Shown here in pieces: positions 1-8,326 of a DNA stretch of 64,000 nucleotides (positions are counted from its first letter, which is position 1; each line of letters starts with the position of its first letter). This DNA is from a virus. The notes beneath the pieces were generated by a model. That model saw nothing but the letters and a program-made list of their open reading frames with translations. It was not told the origin of the DNA and ran no database searches. The position numbers were made by a program, and so were the translations under genes. Location of the stretch: IMG/VR virus record IMGVR_UViG_3300017754_001832, one strand, 5' to 3'.

Positions 1-183
1 ACCCCCGGCACGCCACGCCTGAAGACGGGGCCCAGGGCGACCGGGCTGCCGGGCCGCCGGCCGCCCCCACGTCTGCACCCCTGCCCCACAACTCAGACGC
101 ACATAGCTTGTTAGTTGAGTGATACCCTGCACCCCACCCACCCCCACCCCCTGCACCCCCACCCCCTGCACCCACCCCACCCA

Positions 184-232
184 CCCCCTGTAGGGGATAG
201 CCTGCACCCACCCCCTGTAGGGGATAGCCTGC
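184..232 (+). repeat. Tandem direct repeat, 2 x 22 bp CCCCCTGTAGGGGATAGCCTGC with a 27-bp period
   Basis: Identical copies at 184-205 and 211-232. Each contains the short inverted repeat CCCCT-GT-AGGGG. Confidence 0.85.
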
Positions 233-252
233 CCCACCCTGCCCCCCATCAA

Positions 253-269
253 CCCCCCCCCCCCCCCCC
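253..269 (+). repeat. Homopolymer C17 tract
   Basis: 17 consecutive C counted across 253-269. Confidence 0.9.
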
Positions 270-952
270 ACCCCCTGCACCCCCACCCCCTGCACCCCGA
301 TCCGGACGGCGCCGCCCCTCCCGTTGATCTCCGCCAAGGGCCTGCCCCATGGCGCCGCGTTCGCGCCATTCTGGCGACGTTCGCAATTGCCTGGCTTTTG
401 TTAACTGCCCCTTCATGGGGCTATGCCTGCACCCACCCACTGCACCCACCCCACCCATGGCGGGCCTGCACCCTGACTGCAGTCAGCACGTCACCCCATG
501 GGGGCACGCTCTACAGGGGGCAGGGTGCAGGGGCAGGCCGCCGCTCTGGCGTGGCGTGGATCAACCCCGCCCCATGGCATGGCCCTTGCTCCCTTCTCCC
601 TGTCTGCACCCACTGCCTGACTCGTGGTTCCCCACCACACTAGAGATAGGCAGGGACAAGCAGTCACCCCCGCAAGGCCCGCCCCTCACTAGGGCGGGCC
701 TTGTTCGTTGTGGCCTGCCCCTGCCCCACGTGGCCCGCTCTGGCGCGGCCTGCCCCTGCACCCCCGCCACGGGGCAGGCCCGATGCACGCTTGCCCTAAC
801 GCCGCGTTTCGCCGGGCTCGCCACTTTACCCGGCGGGCCTGGCTTTTCGTTAAGTGTAGAAAAGTGGCCGCAACTCAAAAGTTTCTTGTCTTGTTTACTT
901 GATCTTAAGGGGGGCTCGCGTAGTCTCTTCTTATCAGCAACGGAGTCGCCCG

Positions 953-1114
953 ATGAAAACCGCCCCCACCTTCGGAAAGAAAAAAGCCCCCGCCCCCGTC
1001 GCCACGGCTCGCCAGATTGCCGAGTCCGTCGCCCGTGAGTGGGTCGGGCACAAGGGCCCGCTTGATGCGGCCACGCTGCGCACCGTTGCGCGTCTGGCGT
1101 CGGAGTCGCTCTAA
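953..1114 (+). CDS. Hypothetical protein (53 aa)
   Basis: ATG 953 follows GGAG at 943-946. It is the tail of ORF 899..1114 and the first gene of the + strand block. Confidence 0.5.
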   Translation: MKTAPTFGKKKAPAPVATARQIAESVAREWVGHKGPLDAATLRTVARLASESL

Positions 1115-1248
1115 TGCTCACGCGCCGCGAAGTCTTCGTTATGCACCTTCAAATAGCTCTGGAAATGTCGCCGGTTATCGTGCTGGCGATTGTCCCGATG
1201 ATCCTAATGGCGTCGGGCCTCTGCTACCTCATGAACGCGGGAGTCTGA
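1114..1248 (+). CDS. Small membrane protein (44 aa), not in the ORF track
   Basis: Hand translation gives MLTRREVFVMHLQIALEMSPVIVLAIVPMILMASGLCYLMNAGV. TAATG overlap with the upstream gene. Ends in the junction GGGAGTCTGATATG. Confidence 0.45.
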   Translation: MLTRREVFVMHLQIALEMSPVIVLAIVPMILMASGLCYLMNAGV

Positions 1249-1249
1249 T

Positions 1250-1378
1250 ATGGCGCCGCGTACCGTCATCGGGACTCTTTGGCTTCTCGCGTTGCTCGCC
1301 ATCGGCGGAGTCGTTCTCGCCATCGGTTACGGCTTCGTGGGTCTTTTCAATCTCTGCAACAAACAAACGGGAGTCTGA
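1250..1378 (+). CDS. Small membrane protein (42 aa), not in the ORF track
   Basis: Hand translation gives MAPRTVIGTLWLLALLAIGGVVLAIGYGFVGLFNLCNKQTGV. It has the same GGGAGTCTGATATG junction at both ends. Confidence 0.45.
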   Translation: MAPRTVIGTLWLLALLAIGGVVLAIGYGFVGLFNLCNKQTGV

Positions 1379-1379
1379 T

Positions 1380-1562
1380 ATGCGCTGGAATGATTGCTTC
1401 GAGTCGGATGAAGTCACCACGGCCAAACGCAAGGCCCGCGAAGAGGTGGCGGCCATATTCGCCGACCTTGAGTCCGACATGCTCGAAACGTTGAACGAGA
1501 TTCGCGGCGCCCTTGGAAAGCATGCGCTGCAATCGCTCGCCGACATCCGCGACGCGGCCTAG
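1380..1562 (+). CDS. Hypothetical protein (60 aa)
   Basis: ATG 1380 follows GGGAG. It is the tail of ORF 1017..1562 (MRWNDCFESDEV...). Confidence 0.55.
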   Translation: MRWNDCFESDEVTTAKRKAREEVAAIFADLESDMLETLNEIRGALGKHALQSLADIRDAA

Positions 1563-1565
1563 CCC

Positions 1566-1907
1566 ATGTCATCCGTTACCTTGTGGAGCAAAAACGGAGT
1601 CGCCGCTCGCTGGAATAAGGGCGCCGCTCACACTGTAGAAACGGCCACTAGCTCCCGCGCATATCCGAACGAAGAGGCCGCGATAAGAGCGGCCAAACGC
1701 AAGGCGGCCAAGGCCGCGAAACAGGAAAGGACTCCGCCCATGTTCAAGCTCGAATATCGCGACCTCAACGCGGCCAACGTCAACTGGCGTTCATGGTCTA
1801 GCATGACATGGGACTCGCGTGAGGCCGCCGAACGTTTCAAGAAACAGGCGGAGATTGCATCGGCGCGCGACTCCCTTGCTCACGTCTACCGAGTCGTGCC
1901 CGCTTAA
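1566..1907 (+). CDS. Hypothetical protein (113 aa)
   Basis: ORF track. Protein-like composition. Tightly packed after the upstream gene. Confidence 0.6.
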   Translation: MSSVTLWSKNGVAARWNKGAAHTVETATSSRAYPNEEAAIRAAKRKAAKAAKQERTPPMFKLEYRDLNAANVNWRSWSSMTWDSREAAERFKKQAEIASARDSLAHVYRVVPA

Positions 1908-1952
1908 TCGCCCCCACATCGCCCCACATTCGCAAGTCAAAGGATTCCCAAC

Positions 1953-3200
1953 ATGTCTAACCGCCCTTTCCCGCTCATGCTCGAAGCCTTCCCCGCGTTC
2001 GATCAATCCACGCTCCCGCCTATCCCGTTGCAGTGGGTTGACATGTCATGGCGCGGCGCCCGCTTCTCTGACTCGTGCCCGCAATTCGGCGCCACGCCAG
2101 AGGCCCTAGCGGGAACGGGAGTCGTGGTTGTCATCAATTGGGAAGACCGTTGCGGATGCGGACAAGACTATGTCGCAGTGCTGTATGATTGCGCTGGCGA
2201 GTGCGTCGAAGAGTGGGGCGGGGATGATTGGACCGAATGCCTTCACGCGGTCTCACGGCTTCGCAGGAAATGGGCGCCACTGCTTGCCGCGAACATTCGC
2301 GAAGCGGAGGAGGCCGAACGCAAGGCCGCCGCGCAACGTGAGGCAATCGCCAGAGCGGAGAAGGCCGCCGCAACGCCGCGCGCTCTTGTGGAGTTTCCCG
2401 ACTATCCCGCCGACTCGCTCCCGCCCCTGCCTACTGACACGCTCTGGCATGACGAGTCGTGGCATAATGACATGTGCCCCTGCTATCACTCCGCCGACGG
2501 ATTCGGCGTGTGGATTGACTGGCCCGAGTCGAAGGATCGGGAGTTGATCGGCTCTAAGCGTTTCTGTGTTTTCGACTATGAAGAAAACGCGCGCGGCATG
2601 AGCAAGGCCCGCGACTCGTTTGAGTGTGACACATGGGAGGAGGTTCTAGCCTTCATCAACGCCGCGCGCGAAAGTCTCGGCGCCGACATCGCCAAGGGAT
2701 TCGGCGATGACATACAAGAGGCCGCCGCGTGGATTGCAGCGATGCACAAGGCGGGCAAGGCGTTCCATTGGGAAGACTCGCCCTATGACATAATCGAAAC
2801 AGTGAGCGGAAAACGCACGTTCACGGATGCGGAGTCTATCATCGTGAACGCATGCCGACTCCGTCTCTATGACTTCACGTGGCCCGCCGACTCGTGCCCG
2901 TGTGGCGTGTCGCTGGCGCTCATGTCAAAGGAAACGATAGACGGCATGTGCGCCGAATATACGAAGCTACTCGAACGCTTCGAGTTGCCTAGCATGTCGG
3001 CGGACGAATTATATTTTGAGATCGGCGCCGTTATTGAGGGACTCGAGTCTGCCTTCATCACGCCAGAGCGCGCGGCCAAGGGCGGACTAGAAGAGGCGAT
3101 GAAGCACGTCCGCAGTTTTTCCGTTGATTGGGAAGACCGAGTCGACTCGTTTCAAACCGTGAAAGACGCATTCCCCGCGCTTCGTTCGCTGATCTACTGA
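1953..3200 (+). CDS. Hypothetical protein (415 aa), rich in Trp, Cys and Asp/Glu-Ser
   Basis: ORF track. RBS AAGGATTC lies upstream of the ATG. Many in-frame GAS-TCN codon pairs. Confidence 0.75.
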   Translation: MSNRPFPLMLEAFPAFDQSTLPPIPLQWVDMSWRGARFSDSCPQFGATPEALAGTGVVVVINWEDRCGCGQDYVAVLYDCAGECVEEWGGDDWTECLHAVSRLRRKWAPLLAANIREAEEAERKAAAQREAIARAEKAAATPRALVEFPDYPADSLPPLPTDTLWHDESWHNDMCPCYHSADGFGVWIDWPESKDRELIGSKRFCVFDYEENARGMSKARDSFECDTWEEVLAFINAARESLGADIAKGFGDDIQEAAAWIAAMHKAGKAFHWEDSPYDIIETVSGKRTFTDAESIIVNACRLRLYDFTWPADSCPCGVSLALMSKETIDGMCAEYTKLLERFELPSMSADELYFEIGAVIEGLESAFITPERAAKGGLEEAMKHVRSFSVDWEDRVDSFQTVKDAFPALRSLIY

Positions 3201-3238
3201 GACCCTAGACTGCAGTCATCAACACAAGGAATCCGAAC

Positions 3239-3700
3239 ATGACTCACACTCCCGCCGCGCCAGAGATTGTCGCCGCGCGTCGACTCGTTCGCGACGCATG
3301 CCACGAACTAGGCGCCCTTCCGAATCACGTCTCGCACTGGAATCCGATCCGACTCGCCATGGCCGCCGACAACGTGCGAGCGGGCCTCACAACGCTAGGC
3401 CACAAGCTGGCGCCGAACGAAGAGGCCGCCTATTGGCGCCAGTGCGCAGAGCATGCGGAGGAACGCGCGGCGCTTCTCTCCCTCTTCACGGCTCGCCTAT
3501 TGGCGGAGACTCATGATTGGGCGTGGAGCCTTTGCGGCGAACGTGAAGGACTCGACTCGTTGCGCGCGGATTGCCTCACGGCTCTACAGGCTCACGCCGA
3601 ATCAGGCGGCGCCACAACGGGCGATTTTCTGGCGTTGCTGGAGTCGCTCAAGTCTGAGTCCCTGCCCCACTTGAAACAGGCGGCCAATGCGAGCCGCTAA
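3239..3700 (+). CDS. Hypothetical protein (153 aa)
   Basis: ORF track. RBS AAGGAATC upstream. Confidence 0.7.
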   Translation: MTHTPAAPEIVAARRLVRDACHELGALPNHVSHWNPIRLAMAADNVRAGLTTLGHKLAPNEEAAYWRQCAEHAEERAALLSLFTARLLAETHDWAWSLCGEREGLDSLRADCLTALQAHAESGGATTGDFLALLESLKSESLPHLKQAANASR

Positions 3701-3788
3701 ACTGATAATCCCCGCCGCTCTGTTTCTCGTTTGCGTCGCAGTGCAATGCACTGCGGCGCCTTCCCTGTTTCAATAGAAGGAGTCGCAC

Positions 3789-4019
3789 GTGAAGAATCGT
3801 TACGCTTATACGTTCGATGACGCGGGCCTAAACACAATCGGCGCCGCGTTGCATGTCTACATGACGCGGCCACACTTCGCGGAATTTCCAGACGAAGCCA
3901 AGCAACGCGCGCGGCGGATATACGCCAACGTCTCAGACGTTCGGCGGCCTTCGTTCCTTATCCCTCAACCCGACTCATGCGGATTCAATCTCGCATCCGT
4001 CGCCAGCTTCTCAGAATAG
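3789..4019 (+). CDS. Hypothetical protein (76 aa), GTG start
   Basis: ORF track. Preceded by AGGAGTCGCACGTG, the same string as the next gene. Confidence 0.6.
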   Translation: MKNRYAYTFDDAGLNTIGAALHVYMTRPHFAEFPDEAKQRARRIYANVSDVRRPSFLIPQPDSCGFNLASVASFSE

Positions 4020-4028
4020 GAGTCGCAC

Positions 4029-4424
4029 GTGCTTTCAATTGTTGCCCCTAAGAAGGTCCGAGTCTCGAAGGAAGGAGTCGCCGCATTCAATGCGCAGTGG
4101 CCCTGTAGCGAGTTGGACTCAGGCCGCGCTTATTGGTTCGAGTTTGACTCGGATGCAAACCTAATCGACTCAGACGTGCCCGAACATTCCGACGGCGCCG
4201 CCGCGCTCGCCATGTCGCAGGATTGCGAGCGTTGGCTATTCAACGAAGAGTGGCCCGATTGGGCGCCGGAAGACGCGCCGACTCCGATTGCTGAAACTGC
4301 GGCGGAGGAAGGTGCAAGGCATGCGCTCGAAGCTCTGGCCTATCTCGACTCCGACATCACGCCAGAGCAACGCGCGGCGCTCGCATCGCTCAAACAATGG
4401 GCCGAGTCGATCATCCGCGAATAG
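4029..4424 (+). CDS. Hypothetical acidic protein (131 aa), GTG start
   Basis: ORF track. Preceded by AGGAGTCGCACGTG. Asp/Glu-rich. Confidence 0.65.
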   Translation: MLSIVAPKKVRVSKEGVAAFNAQWPCSELDSGRAYWFEFDSDANLIDSDVPEHSDGAAALAMSQDCERWLFNEEWPDWAPEDAPTPIAETAAEEGARHALEALAYLDSDITPEQRAALASLKQWAESIIRE

Positions 4425-4429
4425 TCGAA

Positions 4430-4463
4430 ACGTCAAAACCTGGAAATTGCGAAAGAAGGAATC
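4430..4463 (+). promoter_or_regulatory. Conserved intergenic element, copy 1 (ACGTCAAAACCTGGAAATTGCGAAAGAAGGAATC)
   Basis: Near-identical to 5102-5135 and related to 6026-6061. Ends in an RBS-like AAGGAATC 5 nt before the ATG. Confidence 0.6.
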
Positions 4464-4468
4464 AACGC

Positions 4469-5101
4469 ATGACTCGTTATATCAAACTCTCCGCCGAAAC
4501 ATACGCGCGACTCAACTATGCACTAGCAGACGCCAGCGACGCGCGCCGCTCTGAGATCAACGCGACGCGAGACTCTGAGATCATCACAAGCAACGAGTCG
4601 GCGATTGCCGCTAACAACGTGGCCGCCGATCAACTGACTCAAGCGTGGAACGCGGGCAATCGACTCCCGACTCAATGCGCCACGCTCGAAGCGGAAAAAG
4701 AAACGCGCGAACGCATGCCCGGCGAACGCACGAATCGCGACCGCTCTAACCGCGCGGCGGATGCACTGCGCAAATACAACGGGAGCGACTCACGTGAAGA
4801 CGGAGTCGAAGGCGACTCGGAAATGCTCGCCGACATGCTAGGCGATTTGCGCCATTGGGCGCGGCTTCGCGGCGTTGACTTCGACGCATGCGCGGCGCGC
4901 GGCTTCGCAATGTCAGAGATGGAAAGAGTCGAAGACTTCGACGAAGAAGAAGAAGAAGACGAAGAGAATCCGCAACGCCGCGCGCTTCGCGAGATGATCC
5001 GACTCGCGTCTTCTCTTCGCGCCGCGAAGAACGAACGCGACCGCAAGCAATGGCGCGAATCGCTTTTCGCTTTCACTGAGACCGCGCGCGACACGCTCTA
5101 A
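4469..5101 (+). CDS. Hypothetical protein (210 aa) with an acidic EEEEEDEE tract
   Basis: Internal ATG of ORF 4397..5101, chosen because it follows AAGGAATC (MTRYIKLS...). Confidence 0.65.
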   Translation: MTRYIKLSAETYARLNYALADASDARRSEINATRDSEIITSNESAIAANNVAADQLTQAWNAGNRLPTQCATLEAEKETRERMPGERTNRDRSNRAADALRKYNGSDSREDGVEGDSEMLADMLGDLRHWARLRGVDFDACAARGFAMSEMERVEDFDEEEEEDEENPQRRALREMIRLASSLRAAKNERDRKQWRESLFAFTETARDTL

Positions 5102-5135
5102 ACGCCAAAACCTGGAAATTGCGAAAGAAGGAATC
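5102..5135 (+). promoter_or_regulatory. Conserved intergenic element, copy 2
   Basis: ACGCCAAAACCTGGAAATTGCGAAAGAAGGAATC, one mismatch to copy 1. Confidence 0.6.
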
Positions 5136-5140
5136 GAGCA

Positions 5141-6016
5141 ATGAAACTGCACCCCGAAGAACGCAAGGCCCGCGATGAAGTGGCCGTGTATGGATTGCGC
5201 CAGCGACTCAAACGCCACAAAGAAAAGACGGAAGGCGCAATTGAAAAGCGCCGCGCCGCGCTCGCGCCCTATGTGAAGGACTCCGCATTGTTGGAGTCGC
5301 GCGTCGCCGATCCGTCGGACTCGTATCTCGCCAGCTTGTGGCCGCTAGACTGGCGCGAATCCGCGCGGCTCGAAGCGCGGCGCCGGTTTGCGTTCGGCGA
5401 GTCCACGCCGACTCCAATGCCCGCCGACGGGCAACGCTTCGTTGAGAATATCGACTCGGCGTTCCGTAGCTGGCGCTATGTTCGCGACATCACACGCGGC
5501 CACTATATGCGCAGCGTCGATTCCGATTGGTATTGCGACTCGGACGGCCATAGGGTGGGGCGGGCAATCGTGGCCCGTCTCTCACATGGCCGATTCATCG
5601 GCGGAGTCAAATTTGAAGAACGCTCTTACAAGGACTCGGGCGCCTTGTTTGACTTTCGCGACATCACAAGCGGAGAAGAGACAGAGGCCGCAATCTCCGC
5701 CGCGCGCTTGTGCGAGCGTGTCGCCGAAAAAGAGCGCGACTATAACGAAGCGTGGCAAGCTGGCGCGGAATGCGTCGCGCTTCGCGAAGAGGTGGAGTCG
5801 ACGCGCGGCGAATTGCTGGAGTCGTTGGCTGAAATGCGCGCGGCTCGCAAGGCTCTGAAACAATCCGGAGTCGAGCAACTGCCTAGCGTCTGCAACGCCA
5901 TGCGCTCGCACGTTCGCGCGGGCCTTCGTGGAATTGCCCGCGCCAGAAAACGAGTCGAGGAACTACGGGAACGCTTCGAGCGTGAACCGGGATTCGCCGA
6001 CTCGTTCAATAGCTAG
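5141..6016 (+). CDS. Hypothetical protein (291 aa)
   Basis: ORF track. Follows element copy 2. Confidence 0.7.
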   Translation: MKLHPEERKARDEVAVYGLRQRLKRHKEKTEGAIEKRRAALAPYVKDSALLESRVADPSDSYLASLWPLDWRESARLEARRRFAFGESTPTPMPADGQRFVENIDSAFRSWRYVRDITRGHYMRSVDSDWYCDSDGHRVGRAIVARLSHGRFIGGVKFEERSYKDSGALFDFRDITSGEETEAAISAARLCERVAEKERDYNEAWQAGAECVALREEVESTRGELLESLAEMRAARKALKQSGVEQLPSVCNAMRSHVRAGLRGIARARKRVEELRERFEREPGFADSFNS

Positions 6017-6025
6017 AACTACACA

Positions 6026-6061
6026 ACGTCAAAAACCTGGAAACGAAGAGAAGAGAGAATC
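6026..6061 (+). promoter_or_regulatory. Conserved intergenic element, copy 3 (degenerate)
   Basis: ACGTCAAAAACCTGGAAACGAAGAGAAGAGAGAATC. The core CAAAAACCTGG also recurs at 7881-7891. Confidence 0.45.
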
Positions 6062-6064
6062 ACA

Positions 6065-7657
6065 ATGGGTTACGGTAACGGGACTCGCACTAGCCATTTT
6101 GCGTCATCGGCGAATCGCTATCGCGACGGCGCCAAGGTCGCGCAATCTTTCCACAACGCGCAATGCGGCCACGTCTGGCGCCAAGGCGTTCAAGACTTCG
6201 GACGATCAAGCAACGGGAATCTATTCTTTCACCACGCGCGACTCTATTCCTATGGGCGTCACTTCGTCGTCGCTATCCTGACTCCGGATGGCCGCGCGCT
6301 TGTGAACGCCGACTCGTCAAGCGTCACCACGTCAGGCCATCAAACCGACGCGCGACGCGCGCTAGGGTGGGGCGGTTACGCCAGCGTGCCCGACCTTACC
6401 GCGCTAGTCGAAAAGACTCCTTTTGGCCTATGGTGCGACTATCACACGCGCGCGGCCGGCGGCGACAAGATCGACTCGGGCAATCTGGAGTCGCTCAAAC
6501 GCGGCGCCCGCGTGGCCGTGGTGGAATATGTCACGCGCGAAGCGTACCGACTCGAAGACGAAGGAGTCGGCGTTGCGTTGCTGGCGCTTGTCGGAGTCGA
6601 AGACGCGCCGACTCGTTTCGCTCGCATGCTCGCCACGTCGAAGAAGAAACAGGAGTCGATAAAGGCAGACGCAGAGAAGAAGCGCCGCGACTATTACCTA
6701 GGCGTTGCGTCTCGCGTCGCGAACATGAGCGAGACAGAGCGCGCGGAATATCTGGCGAGTCGACTCCCGCGTTCCGTTGTGACCTCAGAGCATGAGATAG
6801 CGAAAGAACGAGTCAAGCTCCACCGGGCGCGCGGTTACGCCAAGGCCGCGAAGCGGACAAAGCAGGCCGCCGCAGTCTCGGCAATGATTCGCGACATCGA
6901 CTCCGCGCTCAAGAAAAAGCGCGCGGGCCTTGATCGCTGGCAAGCCCGGCGCGGACTCGCAAACGCAATTGGCGCATATCGTGAAGGCTTGGCCCGCATT
7001 GCGCGCGGCGGAGTCTATCCGGATGGCCCATGGGACTCCGCATGGCGCGCGGAGTCGTTCGTCGAAGCCGTGGCCTATGTCGCGCGCAACGTCAAAACGC
7101 TGCGGCCTGAGAATCGCGAGACCCTGGAAAACGCGGCGCGACTCCTCACGCAAGGACTCGCCGCGTGGAAAGAACGGGAACGCGAAGAGGCAGACGAACG
7201 CGAACGAGTCCGCGTGGCGGAACGTTTCGCCAAGCAGGCAGACGCTCGCCGGGCTTGGCTTGCTGGCGAGCGTGTGGAGTCCTACTTGCTCCACGGACTC
7301 ACGGATGAAACAGGCGGCGCCCTGCTTCGAGCAATCGGAGTCGAGCGTGACGAGTCGGGCGCCATTATCGCGGGAACGCTCGAAACGTCACAACGTGCGA
7401 GCGTGCCCCTGCCTCACGCTATCCGCGCTTTCCGCTTCCTGAAACGCTGCAAGGAGTCCGGTCGCGCGTGGCATAAGAACGGCCACGCAATCCGAGTCGG
7501 GCATTTCCAGATTGACTCCATTGAGCCGTCCGGAAATTTCCGCGCGGGATGCCACCGCATCAATTGGGCGGAGGTGGAGCGTCTGGCGCTGGCGCTTGGC
7601 GTGTTTGACGTGGCGAGCGATGACGGCGCCCTAGAGCCGTCGCACGTTGCGGCCTGA
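6065..7657 (+). CDS. Hypothetical protein (530 aa)
   Basis: ORF track. Protein-like composition. I did not recognise a family. Confidence 0.75.
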   Translation: MGYGNGTRTSHFASSANRYRDGAKVAQSFHNAQCGHVWRQGVQDFGRSSNGNLFFHHARLYSYGRHFVVAILTPDGRALVNADSSSVTTSGHQTDARRALGWGGYASVPDLTALVEKTPFGLWCDYHTRAAGGDKIDSGNLESLKRGARVAVVEYVTREAYRLEDEGVGVALLALVGVEDAPTRFARMLATSKKKQESIKADAEKKRRDYYLGVASRVANMSETERAEYLASRLPRSVVTSEHEIAKERVKLHRARGYAKAAKRTKQAAAVSAMIRDIDSALKKKRAGLDRWQARRGLANAIGAYREGLARIARGGVYPDGPWDSAWRAESFVEAVAYVARNVKTLRPENRETLENAARLLTQGLAAWKEREREEADERERVRVAERFAKQADARRAWLAGERVESYLLHGLTDETGGALLRAIGVERDESGAIIAGTLETSQRASVPLPHAIRAFRFLKRCKESGRAWHKNGHAIRVGHFQIDSIEPSGNFRAGCHRINWAEVERLALALGVFDVASDDGALEPSHVAA

Positions 7658-7667
7658 TAGGGGCAGG

Positions 7668-7823
7668 GTGCGAGTCTTGTGGCCGCTCTATGTGGCCGCC
7701 TTGCTCGCATCCCTCACGCTTGCCGCGTTGGCGCTGGCGTTGTGGGGCTGTCTCAAGTGGTGGCGTGAATTGATCGGCGCCGCGATTCTCTATTGGCTGA
7801 TATTGGGGCGGAGTAGACACTAG
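7668..7823 (+). CDS. Possible small membrane protein (51 aa), GTG start
   Basis: Hand translation gives VRVLWPLYVAALLASLTLAALALALWGCLKWWRELIGAAILYWLILGRSRH. Lies just before the terminator. Confidence 0.35.
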   Translation: MRVLWPLYVAALLASLTLAALALALWGCLKWWRELIGAAILYWLILGRSRH

Positions 7824-7840
7824 CCCCCGAAACGAACGAA

Positions 7841-7871
7841 GGCCCGCCGGATCATCCGGCGGGCCTTTTTC
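7841..7871. terminator. Rho-independent terminator between convergent genes
   Basis: Perfect 11-bp stem GGCCCGCCGGA/TCCGGCGGGCC, 3-nt loop, then TTTTT on the + strand. Confidence 0.8.
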
Positions 7872-7930
7872 ATTGCACCCCAAAAACCTGGCCCGCGTCT
7901 GCCCGGCGAAAAGAACGCGCGCGGCGGGCC

Positions 7931-8326
7931 TCAGACGGGGGCAGGATAGGCTTTCCAGCTTAGTTGCCAGTGCGGGCCATCCTGAAACGTGCGCCAATCT
8001 CCGCCCCACTCAATCGCGACTCCTTCGAGCCGCGCGGCTTCCTTCATCCCCTCCGCAATTTTCCGGATCACGGGCCAGCTATAATCAGGGGCGCCCGCAA
8101 TCCATCCGCAAACGTCTATTGCGTGGCCCGTGAGATGGCGGGAGCGGAGAGTCTTGCTTGCTCCCGCCGCGACTAGCTGGCGCTGGCGTGCGAGCGTCCT
8201 AAGCCCCTCTGTAACCCTGACATCTACGGCGCCCGTTTGCGCCAGATACCGAGTCAGGACTCGGACTAGGTCGGGATGCACCCCCGCCAGCTTTTCACGG
8301 GATGACTTGCCTAATTTGAACGCCAT
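7931..8326 (-). CDS. Peptidase M15 family endolysin (L-Ala-D-Glu or D-Ala-D-Ala peptidase type), 131 aa
   Basis: Internal ATG of ORF 7931..8650 (MAFKLGKSS...). Motifs SRHLTGHAIDV and GGDWRTFQDGPHWQL fit the M15 metal-binding pattern. Confidence 0.85.
   Translation of the reverse strand: MAFKLGKSSREKLAGVHPDLVRVLTRYLAQTGAVDVRVTEGLRTLARQRQLVAAGASKTLRSRHLTGHAIDVCGWIAGAPDYSWPVIRKIAEGMKEAARLEGVAIEWGGDWRTFQDGPHWQLSWKAYPAPV

Larger units (their letters stand above)
73..763 (+). repeat. Array of the octamer CTGCACCC in a C-rich non-coding leader (iteron-like)
   Basis: 12 direct copies start at 73, 127, 151, 166, 202, 275, 290, 427, 440, 466, 604 and 756. One inverted copy lies at 523-530. ORFs called here translate to Pro/His/Gly runs. 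Confidence 0.8.

Noticed and set aside
120-300. A CRISPR-like reading of the short repeats here and of the 39-bp periodic repeats at 62185-62460
   Set aside because: The leader repeats are 8-22 bp with no unique spacers of regular length. The 62-kb repeats are in frame within the SSB gene. No cas genes are present.
115-1121. Several track ORFs (for example 349..1038 and 561..1121) across the leader region
   Set aside because: They translate the C-rich repeats into Pro/His/Gly/Arg strings, overlap one another in several frames and lack RBSs. I treat the region as non-coding repeat DNA.
4437-4452. Sigma-54 promoter interpretation of CCTGGAAATTGCG
   Set aside because: The GG and GC elements are separated by 5 nt rather than the spacing of about 9-10 nt in TGGCAC-N5-TTGC. 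The -24/-12 geometry is wrong.
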